This document shows, in pieces, positions 33,904 to 44,126 of a stretch of DNA of 64,000 nt. The position numbers and the translations under genes are program-made. The notes under the pieces were generated by a model, which searched no databases, was not told the DNA's origin, and saw nothing but the letters and a program-made list of their open reading frames with translations. The DNA is taken from NCBI GenBank assembly GCA_038230375.1, contig JBBRNJ010000031.1, positions 27,663 to 91,662 of the forward strand. The letters are read 5' to 3'. Every line of letters begins with the position of its first letter. Position 1 is the first letter of the stretch. This DNA is from Polyangiales bacterium. Its GTDB lineage: Bacteria; Myxococcota_A; Polyangia; Polyangiales; Polyangiaceae.

Positions 33904-35931
33904 ATGCGAAAATTCTTTCTCTCCGTCCTCGCGCTCGCTCCTCTCTTCGTCACGCAGCCCGCGCCCGCGGTGGGTACGCGCACCTTCACGCTCGACACGC
34001 TCGAGAAGCTGTCCGGCGGTGACCTGAAGGGCGTGGCGATCGCATCGGACGGCACCGTCCACGCCGGCCTGACCGTGAGCAACGCGCCCATCACGGACGC
34101 GACCAGCGTCTTCAGCACGCTGGTCCAGAAGGACGGCACGCTGCTCGTCGGCACCAGCCCTGGCGGCAAGGTCTTCAAGGTGCAGGGTGAGACGGTGACC
34201 CTCTTCGCCGACACCGGCGCGCTCGCCGTGACCGCGATCGTCGAAGGTCCGGGCGGCGTGCTCTACGCGGCGACCATGCCGGATGGAAAGATCTTCAAGA
34301 TTTCCCAGGGCAAGGCCGACGTGTTCGCGACCCTTCCGGACGTGACGCAGATCTGGGCGCTCATCGTCGACAAGGCGAAGACGGGCTTCTTCGCAGGCAC
34401 CAACGACGGCAAGGTCGTTCGCGTGGAGCCGAGCGGACAGAGCAGCGTGTACCTCAAGACGGAGGAGGCGCATATCGTCTCGCTCGCTCTGTCGGACGCG
34501 GGCGATCTCTACGCGGGCAGCAGCGGCAAGGGCCTGCTCTACAAGGTCACGGGCCCGGGCCGCGCGGTTGTCGTCTACGATTTCCCGGGCGACGAGGTGA
34601 AGGCCATCGCCACGACGAAGAGCGGCTCCGTCTTCGCGATCGGCAACGAGTACAGCGAGCCGCCCGAGGCGCCGAAGCGCTCGGCCGCGGCGGGACGCGT
34701 CCAGTCCGGCGCCACCACTGGCACGAAGCAGAAGCCCGGGAAGGGCCAGCTTGTCCGCTTCGACACGCAAGGTCGACCGGAGAAGATGCTCTCCTCGACG
34801 GAGTTCCACTACATGTCGCTCGCGCTCGACGACAAGGGACAGCCCTACGTCGGCACTGGCGCAGAAGGTCGCGTCTACACCGTGGATGAGAACCACATCA
34901 CGCAGCTCGTGCTCGATACGGACGAGCGTCAGGTCGGCGGGCTCGTGCTCAGCGGGCCCACGCAGGTCGTTGTCTCGAGCGATCCGCTCGTGGTGCATCG
35001 CGTGACGGGGCATGGCGGCACGGACTCCGTGTGGACCAGCAAGGCGCTCGACTGCGGCCTGCGCGCGCGCTTCGGTCAGCTCTCGTGGCACGGCACTGGC
35101 GCGGAGCTCTCCACGCGCACGGGCAACACGGCGACGCCGGACGTGACGTGGTCCGCGTGGAGCCCGGGCATCGTCGCGCCCAACAAGGTGACCTCGGCGG
35201 CCGGGCGCTTCGTGCAGGTGCGCGCCCGTCTTCGCGATGCGAACGCCATCGTGTCGGAGATCGTGTTGCCGTTCGTGACGGACAACCTTCGCCCCGTGAT
35301 GATGGAAGTGACCGCGCAGCAGAAGGGTGTTCTGTCCCGCGACTCGAAGGATGCGCTCGCGCCGAGCGGCGGCGAGCTGCCCAAGCACGAGGCCACCGTG
35401 AAGGTGACGTGGCGCGTGGACAACCCGGATCAGGACACGCTGCGCTTCCGCCTGTACTTCAAGAAGGATGGCACGACCGTGTGGCGCGACGTGCTGCGCG
35501 CGGACGAGTCCGTCACCAAGAACGACTACGAGTGGGACACGCTCGCGCTGCCGGAGGGCAAGTACCGCGTGCGCGTGGAGGCGAGCGACGAGCTCGTGAA
35601 CCCGCCCGATCAAACGCAGCGGCACGACCTCACGAGCGAGTCGTTCATCGTCGATCACACGCCACCGCAGATTCGTGAGCTCTCCATCCAGGGACGTCGT
35701 CTGAAGGCGCACGTCGTGGACGGCGTGTCGCCCATCGCCCGCGTGGAGGTCTCGGTCGACGGCAAGAACGAGTGGCGCCCGCTCGGCCCATCGGACGGCG
35801 TCTTCGACACGCCGGACGAGACCGTGGACGCGGACGTGACCACGATCGTTCCGCAGGGCTCACACCTGATCGCTGTGCGCGCGTACGATCTGGCGGGCAA
35901 TCAAGTGAGCCGCGACATCGACGCGAACTGA
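33904..35931 (+). CDS. Secreted beta-propeller protein with C-terminal FN3/Ig-like domains
   Basis: Signal peptide; repeated LYAGT/G..GKVFK blades; TRTGNT.TPD.TWS.WS, LPEGKYRVRVEASD, DGVFD. Confidence 0.85.
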   Translation: MRKFFLSVLALAPLFVTQPAPAVGTRTFTLDTLEKLSGGDLKGVAIASDGTVHAGLTVSNAPITDATSVFSTLVQKDGTLLVGTSPGGKVFKVQGETVTLFADTGALAVTAIVEGPGGVLYAATMPDGKIFKISQGKADVFATLPDVTQIWALIVDKAKTGFFAGTNDGKVVRVEPSGQSSVYLKTEEAHIVSLALSDAGDLYAGSSGKGLLYKVTGPGRAVVVYDFPGDEVKAIATTKSGSVFAIGNEYSEPPEAPKRSAAAGRVQSGATTGTKQKPGKGQLVRFDTQGRPEKMLSSTEFHYMSLALDDKGQPYVGTGAEGRVYTVDENHITQLVLDTDERQVGGLVLSGPTQVVVSSDPLVVHRVTGHGGTDSVWTSKALDCGLRARFGQLSWHGTGAELSTRTGNTATPDVTWSAWSPGIVAPNKVTSAAGRFVQVRARLRDANAIVSEIVLPFVTDNLRPVMMEVTAQQKGVLSRDSKDALAPSGGELPKHEATVKVTWRVDNPDQDTLRFRLYFKKDGTTVWRDVLRADESVTKNDYEWDTLALPEGKYRVRVEASDELVNPPDQTQRHDLTSESFIVDHTPPQIRELSIQGRRLKAHVVDGVSPIARVEVSVDGKNEWRPLGPSDGVFDTPDETVDADVTTIVPQGSHLIAVRAYDLAGNQVSRDIDAN

Positions 35932-35944
35932 GGTCGAGCGGAGG

Positions 35945-36355
35945 CTAGCGGCGCTCGGTGCAGATCGTGAACATCTGCTCGTAGCGGGTGCCGCGGCGCG
36001 CGGGCACGCGGCCGCCCTCGACGCGGCACACGTAGAGGGAGGCCTCCTCGCATCCCGTGGCGCGGACGATGAACGGCGTTGCGCCTTCACCACCGACGGA
36101 CTGCGACGGAGTCCCGCGATGCGCTTCGGACCACATCGCCTGGCGCGCGGGGTCCTGTGCGATCGCGGACGGCGCAGGCGGGACGTTCTCGATCATCGCG
36201 GTCCGCACGCGCTCGAGCGGGCAATAGTGGTCGCGCGAGAACGACGTCTGCGCGACGTCTGCGGGGTGAAGCGAGCCTCGCGTCGTGCAGGACACGGTGA
36301 GAAGGCAACACACCACGACGAGCGCGGGCGATGCCCACGAGATCCGCGTATCCAT
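35945..36355 (-). CDS. Hypothetical lipoprotein
   Basis: MDTR..LLTVSC; FSRDHYCP..RATGC...YVC. Confidence 0.65.
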   Translation of the reverse strand: MDTRISWASPALVVVCCLLTVSCTTRGSLHPADVAQTSFSRDHYCPLERVRTAMIENVPPAPSAIAQDPARQAMWSEAHRGTPSQSVGGEGATPFIVRATGCEEASLYVCRVEGGRVPARRGTRYEQMFTICTERR

Positions 36356-36482
36356 GGAGCACCGAATTGCAACCGCCGCGCCGCGACGATAGGCCACGGT
36401 TTCAGCTCGATTTCGTGAAGCCACGAAAACGCGTGCCTGCAAGGTGCGCAATCAGAGGAGGATCGTGACCAGCAACTCGCCC

Positions 36483-36527
36483 TCGACGACGACGACGACC
36501 TCGACCTCGGCCCCTCGGCCCTCGACC
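36483..36527 (+). repeat. Short degenerate TCGACC/GAC repeat
   Basis: TCGACGACGACGACGACCTCGACCTCGGCCCCTCGGCCCTCGACC. Confidence 0.7.
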
Positions 36528-36836
36528 ATGGGGAGGTGGATTCACCTCATCCGTGGCCCGCTGCGATGTGCGGGGCTTCCCGCCGACCGCGACATCGGCG
36601 CCAGGGGTTGGCCTGTCGCGGCGGGAATGGGGGTGTTGGCTCCCTCTCCCCGTTTCTGGCTTGGTTTCCGTGACTTGTGCGAGACTTTGTCGGTGCCCTG
36701 ACTACGCGCTAGGGGAGAGGCACGCCGCGTGAATGATTGACCGGTAGAACTACCCGCACGAGCGGTACGATCTTAGGCACTGGGTGGTGGGGGCCACCTG
36801 TATTTCCCCCTCTTCTTGGCTGCTTTGAAGTCCCTC

Positions 36837-37811
36837 ATGTCCTCCGATAGCCACGCACCACATCACGCCGGACGCCCCCTCGGAAAAGTCGCTGCAGGCT
36901 GGCTCGCGGTCTCGCTTCTCGCCCTGCTCGGCGCAAGCGCGGCAGGCACCGGCTGCTCGAACATTGCCCCCCAGGTCGGCAATGTGGATGGCGGCGACAT
37001 CCCCCTGATCGAGACCGACGCCGACACGAGCAACGAGGACGGCGGCGCGGGCTTCGGCGGTGGCGATGGCGCCACCACGAAGAGCCCGTTCAACGGGAGC
37101 CCGCTCTGCCACGCGACCGTGCACACGTGCTTCCCGGATCTTCCCTCCGTCGCGGCTCAGGATGGTGGCGCGACGGCGGACGCAAGCCCCACGCCCCTCT
37201 CCATGGCGTGCGGTGAAGCGGCGGACGGCGGCGACGCTGCCACTGCTGCGGCGGACGGCGCGTATCCCGCAGTCGCATGCCGCGTGCGCGCATCGGGTGC
37301 ATCCACGAGCGCGCCGATATGCAGTGCGTCGGGTGGCGGCGTGGACGGCGCGTCCTGCATGACCGGCGCGGACTGCGGCCCCGGCTTCGACTGCACCGGC
37401 GCTGGCGTGTGTCGCAAGTACTGCTGCCAGGGCGAGTGCTCGGGCAAGATGAACGGCTCGAACAACTTCTTCTGCGACATCGTCCCGCTCACCGAGGAGA
37501 CCACGCTGGTCCCCGCGTGCGTTCCCGTGAAGGCGTGCTCGCTGCTCGAGCCGAAGTCCTGCCCCGATACGAAGGAGACGTGCGCGATCGTCAAGGACGA
37601 CGGCACCACCAGCTGCGTTGCCGCTGGCTCTGCTGGTCAGGGTGATTCATGCGACGAAGCGCATTGCAGCGCTGGTCTCGTGTGCCTCGGCCGGCCCGGC
37701 GTGCGCCAGTGCTTCCAGCTCTGCAAGATGCAAGAGAGCACCTGCCCCACCGGCCTGACGTGCAAGGCGAACGCGCTCTCGCACGATCCGTCCGTCGGGA
37801 TCTGCCAGTAA
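36837..37811 (+). CDS. Cys-rich lipoprotein
   Basis: Lipobox GTGC; many Cys in C..G..C repeats; DGG linkers. Confidence 0.8.
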   Translation: MSSDSHAPHHAGRPLGKVAAGWLAVSLLALLGASAAGTGCSNIAPQVGNVDGGDIPLIETDADTSNEDGGAGFGGGDGATTKSPFNGSPLCHATVHTCFPDLPSVAAQDGGATADASPTPLSMACGEAADGGDAATAAADGAYPAVACRVRASGASTSAPICSASGGGVDGASCMTGADCGPGFDCTGAGVCRKYCCQGECSGKMNGSNNFFCDIVPLTEETTLVPACVPVKACSLLEPKSCPDTKETCAIVKDDGTTSCVAAGSAGQGDSCDEAHCSAGLVCLGRPGVRQCFQLCKMQESTCPTGLTCKANALSHDPSVGICQ

Positions 37812-37820
37812 GCGCGCGGC

Positions 37821-38732
37821 CTACTTCTTCTTCTTCTTCGGCGCGGGCTTGGCGGCGGGCTTCCTGGGCGCCGGCTTGGATGCGGGCTTGGACGCCGGCT
37901 TCTTTGCAGGCTTGGGCGCAGGCTTGGGGGGAGCGGGCTTGGGCGCAGGCTTGGGTGCAGGCTTGGGCGCCGACTTGGGTGCGGGCTTTGCGGCCGGCTT
38001 TGCGGCCGGCTTTGCGGCTACGGGCTTGGCAGGCTTGGCGGCGGGTTTGGTGGGGGTGGACTGCGCCGGCGCGGCCTGCGGTGCGGGGGCGGGCGCGGCC
38101 TTCGGCGCGGGGGCGGGCTTTGCCGCTGCGGGCTTGGCTGCGATCTTCGAGGGTGACTTCGAGTTCGGGATGCTCGGCGTCGCCTTGGAGCTGATCGCCC
38201 TGGCGGGCGGGAGATCTTTCTTCGCCTTGAACTTCGCTTTCGGCGCTTCCTCTTCCTCGTCGTCGAAGCCGATGGTCTGCTCGGAGGCGCGCTGCTGCAT
38301 GCGTACCATGCTCGCGCGGTCCGCCTTGATCGCCATCTTGCCGAAGTACGCGCGCATCGGCTGGAAGTACTTGTCGTTCCAGCCGGCGCGGTACTTTTCG
38401 CCCTGCCCTTCCGGGATGTCGGAGTGCAGGATGGTCACGCGCGTGCCGTCGAACACGGGCTCGAAGTGAATCTCGAGCCGCGAGTCGGGCGAGCCCTTCG
38501 GGAACTCGGAGGTGCGCCAGCTCTGGATGATGCGGCGCCCGAGATCGAGCTGGATGTTCTTGCCGGTGATGTAGCCGTCCCACGCGGTGAAGTTCGCGCC
38601 GACGTCGGCGTTGATGGCGGCCTTGCCACCCGTGAACCCGCTGTGCTGAGCGCTGTCCAGCCAGGCGCTATAGACGGCGTGAGGTGTCGACGGGACGACG
38701 CACGACGCACGCAACGCTTCCTTCTTCAACAC
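37821..38732 (-). CDS. SRPBCC (Aha1-like) domain protein with a histone H1-like Pro/Ala/Lys tail
   Basis: VYSAWLDS, FTAWDGYITG, IIQSWRT, GWNDKYF; tail of KPAA/KPAP repeats. Confidence 0.85.
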   Translation of the reverse strand: MLKKEALRASCVVPSTPHAVYSAWLDSAQHSGFTGGKAAINADVGANFTAWDGYITGKNIQLDLGRRIIQSWRTSEFPKGSPDSRLEIHFEPVFDGTRVTILHSDIPEGQGEKYRAGWNDKYFQPMRAYFGKMAIKADRASMVRMQQRASEQTIGFDDEEEEAPKAKFKAKKDLPPARAISSKATPSIPNSKSPSKIAAKPAAAKPAPAPKAAPAPAPQAAPAQSTPTKPAAKPAKPVAAKPAAKPAAKPAPKSAPKPAPKPAPKPAPPKPAPKPAKKPASKPASKPAPRKPAAKPAPKKKKK

Positions 38733-38965
38733 CCACCTCCTGACCTCATCCCGGAAATCCGGAAAATCGAGGTCGCCCTGAAAGCCCCAAGCGAGGGCCC
38801 TGTCAAGGGTGACCCGTCAGAAAGTTACCTTGGAACATCCCAGAAGGACCAGCAAATTGGCTGAAAGGTGGGAGGAAATCCGCAGCGTCCACTCCGCTGA
38901 GGTCGCAGGCCAGATGACCGGCGGTCAACCGCGGACGGTCCGTGGTCGGCTGGCGGCGGAGGGGG

Positions 38966-39020
38966 CACCGAACTAACTATAATATTTACATATACTTATG
39001 GTGTTCGCTGGGTTCGGCAC
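38966..39020. promoter_or_regulatory. AT-rich promoter/operator island upstream of comM-recA
   Basis: AACTAACTATAATATTTACATATACTTATG with TATAAT (38978) and TATACT (38991), flanked by CCGAAC and GTTCG/GTTCGG. Confidence 0.55.
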
Positions 39021-39041
39021 GTGCCTGGCTAAGGCGGGTGC

Positions 39042-40592
39042 ATGCTCGCCATCGCTCATTCGGCCACCCTCGTTGGGGTAGAGGCGCTTCCGGTTCGTAT
39101 CGAGGTGGACGCATCCCGCGGGGTGCCGGTCTTCGAGCTCGTGGGCCTCGCGGAGGCCACCGTGCGAGAGAGCCGCGTGCGCGTGAAGAGCGCGCTCTCG
39201 CAGCTGGGCGTGGAGCTCTCGGACACGCACATCACCGTGAGCCTCGCGCCCGCGGATCTGCGCAAGGCGGGGAGCGGCTTCGATCTTGGCATCGCAGCCG
39301 CGGCCATGGCGGCGGTGGGCGCGGCACCCGCAGAGGCGCTGCAAGACGTGCTCTTCCTGGGCGAGCTTTCACTTGCGGGTAGAGTACATGCAATTCGGGG
39401 AGTGCTTCCGCATCTGGTGAGCGCGAAGGCCCGCGGTGTGAAGCGAGCCGTGGTGCCGCGCGCGAATGAGGCTGAGGCCCGGCTGGTCTCCGGCATGGAC
39501 TGCCGGACGTGCGACACGCTGGAGGAGCTGCTCGCGTTCCTTCGCGGGGAGGTGGAGCTTCCGCGTCCATCGAAGGTCGCGTCGAACGGCGCATCTGCAA
39601 CTACGTTGCCACTGCTCGAGGATCTTGCGGACGTGCGCGGGCAGGAGGGCGCCAAGCGCGCGCTGGAGATCGCCGCTGCGGGCGGCCACAACGTGCTCTT
39701 CATCGGACCACCGGGCGCGGGCAAGACCATGCTCGCGCGGCGCCTGCCCGGCATCTTGCCCGAGCTGTCGCACGAGGAGGCGCTGGAGGTGATGGCGCTG
39801 CACAGCGTGGCGGGGCTTCTGCCGCGGAGCCATGCGTTCTCGACGCAGCGCCCGTTTCGCGCACCGCACCACACCATCAGTGACGTGGCGCTCGTGGGCG
39901 GTGGGGACACGCCGCGCCCGGGCGAAGTGAGCCTCGCGCATCGGGGCGTGCTCTTCCTGGACGAGCTGGGGGAGTACAAGCGCAGCGCGCTGGAGTCGCT
40001 GCGTCAGCCGCTCGAAGATGGGGTCGTCACGGTGTCGCGGGCGCATGCGAAGGCCACGTTCCGGGCGCGCTCCATGGTGGTGGCCGCGACCAACCCCTGT
40101 CCGTGCGGGCATCTTGGGCGCAGCACTGTGCCGTGCAGGTGCTCGCGCGATCGCATCGCGTCGTACCGCGCGAGGCTCTCGGGGCCGCTTCTGGATCGGC
40201 TGGATCTGCAGATCGTGCTCGCGCCGGTGGAGGTGGCGTCGCTGCACGGAGAGTACGCGGGCGATAGCTCGGGTGACATTCGCGCGCGCGTGGTCGCCGC
40301 ACGCGCGCTGCAACGAGAGCGTGCGGGACATGCGGAGGAGCACCTGAATGCGTCGATCTTGCCGCGCGATCTGCATCGCGTGTGCAAGCTCTCCACGGAG
40401 TGCCGCGACCTGCTTGCCCGCGCGGCCACGGCGCTCGGCCTGTCGGCGCGCGCGTACACGAAGGTGCTGCGGGTGGCGCGCACCATCGCGGACCTGGAGG
40501 CATCGCCTGCGCTGTCGCCTGCGCATGTCGCGGAGGCGATCTCGTACCGCGCGCTCGATCGCGAGCGGACGGAAGCGCGCCCCGCAGCGTAA
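39042..40592 (+). CDS. comM: ComM/YifB family AAA+ ATPase (Mg-chelatase-like helicase)
   Basis: [65 protein letters not shown]. Confidence 0.95.
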   Translation: MLAIAHSATLVGVEALPVRIEVDASRGVPVFELVGLAEATVRESRVRVKSALSQLGVELSDTHITVSLAPADLRKAGSGFDLGIAAAAMAAVGAAPAEALQDVLFLGELSLAGRVHAIRGVLPHLVSAKARGVKRAVVPRANEAEARLVSGMDCRTCDTLEELLAFLRGEVELPRPSKVASNGASATTLPLLEDLADVRGQEGAKRALEIAAAGGHNVLFIGPPGAGKTMLARRLPGILPELSHEEALEVMALHSVAGLLPRSHAFSTQRPFRAPHHTISDVALVGGGDTPRPGEVSLAHRGVLFLDELGEYKRSALESLRQPLEDGVVTVSRAHAKATFRARSMVVAATNPCPCGHLGRSTVPCRCSRDRIASYRARLSGPLLDRLDLQIVLAPVEVASLHGEYAGDSSGDIRARVVAARALQRERAGHAEEHLNASILPRDLHRVCKLSTECRDLLARAATALGLSARAYTKVLRVARTIADLEASPALSPAHVAEAISYRALDRERTEARPAA

Positions 40593-40603
40593 CGGGCAGT
40601 TTC

Positions 40604-40649
40604 GTCGCTCGCGCGCGTTTCCCTCGTGCGCGCGAGCGGCTTGTTTTTT
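40604..40649 (+). terminator. Terminator-like hairpin between comM and recA
   Basis: 13-bp stem GTCGCTCGCGCGC/GCGCGCGAGCGGC followed by TTGTTTTTT. Confidence 0.6.
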
Positions 40650-40669
40650 CGAGGGATCGGAGAAGGAGC

Positions 40670-41710
40670 ATGAGCATCATGGAGTCGATTGCAGAGAAGA
40701 TGAAGTCACTGAAGAGCGTCATCAGCGGCGTGGAGCGCCAGTTCGGAAAGGGCGCGATCATGGTGCTGGGGGACGAAGGCGAGGCCGAGCCGATCCTCAC
40801 CATTCCCACGGGCTCGCTCGCCCTGGACCTTGCAACGGGCGTGGGCGGCTATCCGCGCGGACGCGTGGTGGAGGTGTACGGGCCGGAGTCTTCTGGCAAG
40901 ACCACTCTCGCGCTGCACGCCATCGCGGAGGCGCAGAAGGCGGGCGGCGTGTGCGCGTTCATCGACGCGGAGCACGCGCTGGACGTCGCGTACGCGAAGA
41001 ACCTGGGCGTGGACACGGAGCACCTGCTCGTGTCGCAGCCGGACACGGGCGAGCAGGCGCTGGAGATCGCAGAGATGCTGGTGCGGTCCGCAGCGGTGGA
41101 TCTCATCGTCATCGACTCGGTCGCGGCCCTCACCCCGAAGGCGGAGCTCGAGGGCGACATGGGCGACTCGCACATGGGTCTTCAGGCGCGGCTCATGAGC
41201 CAGGCGCTGCGCAAGCTCACGGGCATCACGTACCGCACCGGAACTACTTTGTTCTTCATCAACCAGCTCAGACAGAAGATCGGCGTCACCTTCGGCAATC
41301 CGGAGACCACGACGGGCGGCAACGCGCTGAAGTTCTACGCGTCCATGCGATTGGACGTGCGGCGCATCGGCCAGGTGAAGGTCGGCGACGAGCTCGTGGG
41401 AGGCCGCACGCGCGTCAAGGTGGCGAAGAACAAGTGCGCGCCGCCCTTCACGGAGGCGGAGTTCGACATCCGGTGGGGCGGTGGCGTGGACACGCTGGCG
41501 GAGCTCATCGACCTTGGCGTGTCGCGGGCCATCATCGAGAAGAACGGGAGCCATCACTACTTCGCGGGAGAAGCGATGGGGAACGGAAGGGAGCGCGTGC
41601 GAGAGGGGCTCGCGCAGAACACGGAGCTGCAGACAACGCTGCGCCAGGCGATCATCGCAGCGGGACCGGTGAAGCCGGGGAGGAGGACGGCGGAGACCGC
41701 AGAGGCATAG
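40670..41710 (+). CDS. recA: Recombinase RecA
   Basis: [51 protein letters not shown]. Confidence 0.98.
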   Translation: MSIMESIAEKMKSLKSVISGVERQFGKGAIMVLGDEGEAEPILTIPTGSLALDLATGVGGYPRGRVVEVYGPESSGKTTLALHAIAEAQKAGGVCAFIDAEHALDVAYAKNLGVDTEHLLVSQPDTGEQALEIAEMLVRSAAVDLIVIDSVAALTPKAELEGDMGDSHMGLQARLMSQALRKLTGITYRTGTTLFFINQLRQKIGVTFGNPETTTGGNALKFYASMRLDVRRIGQVKVGDELVGGRTRVKVAKNKCAPPFTEAEFDIRWGGGVDTLAELIDLGVSRAIIEKNGSHHYFAGEAMGNGRERVREGLAQNTELQTTLRQAIIAAGPVKPGRRTAETAEA

Positions 41711-41756
41711 AGGAGCGACCGACGAAGCCCGTCCACGGGAGAACGTGGACGGGCGG

Positions 41757-41802
41757 CGACATCGACAACGACATCGACATCGACATCGACAACGACTTCG
41801 AC
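41757..41802 (+). repeat. (TCGACA/ACGACA)n hexamer microsatellite
   Basis: CGACATCGACAACGACATCGACATCGACATCGACAACGACTTCGACC between convergent genes. Confidence 0.9.
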
Positions 41803-41812
41803 CCCCCGGGGC

Positions 41813-43429
41813 TCACTTCTTCGTGCGTCGCGACCTCCGTCGCAGCGTGCGCAGGAGCGTGAGCACGGTGGCTCCCGCGATCACCAGCGAGCCGGCGTTC
41901 TGGCTCTGGAACGGGCTGATGGAGGCCTGCGCCCCGCTCCCTGTCGCCGTCGCCGTGTGCTCGTTGCTCACCAGCGACTGCGACGATGACGCCCGCAGCT
42001 TCAGATCCTGCGCGAGCGCGGAGATCGGTAGGAACGCGCGCACACGCGTGAGCGTGACGCTTGCGGGGTCCATGCCCTGGGTGGCGAGCGCGAGATCGTC
42101 GAAGTCGTCGCACGCGCCCGTCGGTCCCTTGGGGCCGGACGCGTCGTCCGTGAGGCCTCCGTCGTCGGTGAGGCCTCCGTCGTCGGTGAGGCCTGCATCG
42201 TCCGTGAGCCCTGCATCGCTCGTGGACGCTTCGAGCACACCACCATCAACATCCGCGTCCGCCGCCGCTCCGCCGTCGGATGTGTCGCTTGCGTCGCTCT
42301 GTCCGCTCGTGCCCGCGTCATCCTGGGTGCCCAGCGTGCCTGCGTCGAACCCCGGGTCGCCGGTGCCGCCACCGCCGGACCCGAACACGTTGCCGCACTG
42401 CTGGTAGTAGAGCGTCGCGAGGTTCGCCGCGTACCCAGGGGTCGGGGTCGGGGACTGCTTGTTCGAGTACTCGGTGAGGAACGTGCGTCCGCCGCCCTGA
42501 CCCATGATCGCGACGGACAGCGCCTGATAGTTGGAGCTCTGCGTGCCGTAGTCCCAGACGAGCTTCTTGTCGTCGAGCGTGGTCGTCGGGAAGTTCTGCG
42601 GCTCGTACCGCCCCTCTCCCAGAATGAAGAGCGTGATGCCCACGTTCGCGCCCGCGCCTCCGGCCACCATGCGGAGCGGCAGAGTCACGTCAGCGCCTGG
42701 CGAGACGATACGGACGGGCTGCATCGCGCTCACTCCGAGCCCAGGCTGGAGCCGCAGCGCGATGAAGTCGAAGCCCTCGTTCACGTAGGCCGAGACGACG
42801 GGCCGCATGGAGTCGGGGAGCGCGTAGCCGTGGCTCGTCAGCCAGTTCTCGAGCGCCGTCGGGTTCGTGGAGCGCAGCGTCACCGTCTCGTAGGGTCCGA
42901 TGACGGCCTGGTTCACGACGTCCACCTGGCCGTTCCCCGCGCTGTCGTACGCGCTCGTCGCCGACGCCGAGCCGCACCCCAGACCGCACCCGCTGCCGCT
43001 GTTGTCGGGCGGGCTCAGGATGACGGGCCTGCTGACAGCGTCGAGCGCGCTCATCCACGCATCACGCGAGAGCTGCACCACCGTGCCCTGACGCACGGGG
43101 AGCGCCCACACGAAGTCGGTCGGATTGCCCTGGTACTGAATCTGGTCCCAGAGGATCGTGCGCTCCTTGCTGATGGAGAACGCCATGCGATGATCCGTGA
43201 CCACCGTGGACTCCCGCTCCTGCGGCTTGTGGAAGCAGGCGCCGCAAGCACTGGCGGGACGCTCCCCGTACGCCATCGCGGCGAGCGCGGCGGCGACGCC
43301 CACGACACGCGCGGTCCGAGCGAGCGCGCTCCGAGGTGTGAGCGCCAGGTCACGGTCCAGGGCGCGCGTGTCTCTGACATTGCGATCGCGGTCGCGCGTT
43401 TCGTCGGTAAAAAGGCTGAATCCAAGCAT
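41813..43429 (-). CDS. DUF2330 domain protein
   Basis: ASACGACF, LWDQIQYQG..FVWALP, WLTSHGY, YVNEGFDFIALRL, LPLRMVA; TDDGGL repeats (42141-42218); C-terminal TM plus basic tail; start uncertain. Confidence 0.85.
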   Translation of the reverse strand: MLGFSLFTDETRDRDRNVRDTRALDRDLALTPRSALARTARVVGVAAALAAMAYGERPASACGACFHKPQERESTVVTDHRMAFSISKERTILWDQIQYQGNPTDFVWALPVRQGTVVQLSRDAWMSALDAVSRPVILSPPDNSGSGCGLGCGSASATSAYDSAGNGQVDVVNQAVIGPYETVTLRSTNPTALENWLTSHGYALPDSMRPVVSAYVNEGFDFIALRLQPGLGVSAMQPVRIVSPGADVTLPLRMVAGGAGANVGITLFILGEGRYEPQNFPTTTLDDKKLVWDYGTQSSNYQALSVAIMGQGGGRTFLTEYSNKQSPTPTPGYAANLATLYYQQCGNVFGSGGGGTGDPGFDAGTLGTQDDAGTSGQSDASDTSDGGAAADADVDGGVLEASTSDAGLTDDAGLTDDGGLTDDGGLTDDASGPKGPTGACDDFDDLALATQGMDPASVTLTRVRAFLPISALAQDLKLRASSSQSLVSNEHTATATGSGAQASISPFQSQNAGSLVIAGATVLTLLRTLRRRSRRTKK

Positions 43430-43532
43430 GATGAGGTTCTCCCGATGCGCGGCAGCGCGCGCCGCCAGCCATCTCGCAAGCCCTGGGCCGACGAAACGCG
43501 ATCGAAACAAGGTTCTCCTACGGTCGTTCGCC

Positions 43533-44030
43533 ATGGGCCACAAGATCCGGCTAGCGCGCCCGGAGGACGCCGCGCACATCGAGGCGATCTACGCGCACTA
43601 CGTCCACAACTCCACGTGCACGGCGCAGCGCGATCTCGATCCCCCGGGCACGCGCGAGGCGTGGCTCGCGGAGCGCGGAGCGGAGCACCCCGTGACCGTG
43701 GTGGAGGCCGAGGACGGTGACGGCATCTCGGCGTGGGGATGTCTATCGCCCTACAAGTCGCGCTGGGGGTACAGGTTCACGGTGGAGAACTCGGTCTACG
43801 TCCGCCACGACCTGCATCGACGCGGCCTGGGGCGCGCCGTGCTGGGAGACCTCGTGGAGCGCGCGCGTGTGCTCGGGCACCGGAGCATCATCGCGGCGAT
43901 CACTTCGGAGCAGGACGCAAGCATCAGGCTGCATGCGGCGCTCGGGTTTGAGGAGGTGGGGAGGATGGAGGGAATCATTCACAAGTTCGAGCGCTGGATG
44001 GGTGTAGTCTACATGCAATGCAAGGTTTGA
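43533..44030 (+). CDS. GNAT N-acetyltransferase (phosphinothricin acetyltransferase/YncA-like)
   Basis: IYAHYV, YRFTVENSVYV, RRGLGR, ASIRLHAALGF. Confidence 0.92.
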   Translation: MGHKIRLARPEDAAHIEAIYAHYVHNSTCTAQRDLDPPGTREAWLAERGAEHPVTVVEAEDGDGISAWGCLSPYKSRWGYRFTVENSVYVRHDLHRRGLGRAVLGDLVERARVLGHRSIIAAITSEQDASIRLHAALGFEEVGRMEGIIHKFERWMGVVYMQCKV

Positions 44031-44126
44031 ACGTAGCCACCACGCCACGACAACGGTGGTAGAGACGGCGAAGGCCATGACCGACGCAGCGCAGACCACA
44101 GAGGACGACGCGAGCATGCCGCATCC

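Noticed and set aside
38968..39006. AT island as a dif/Xer site or an E. coli-type SOS box
   Set aside because: The ATAA...TTAT arms are 13 bp apart rather than 6, and CTGT-N8-ACAG is not matched
42141..42218. 18-bp tandem repeats (also the GGT/GGC runs at 27740-27840 and 33010-33100)
   Set aside because: They encode ordinary low-complexity protein linkers
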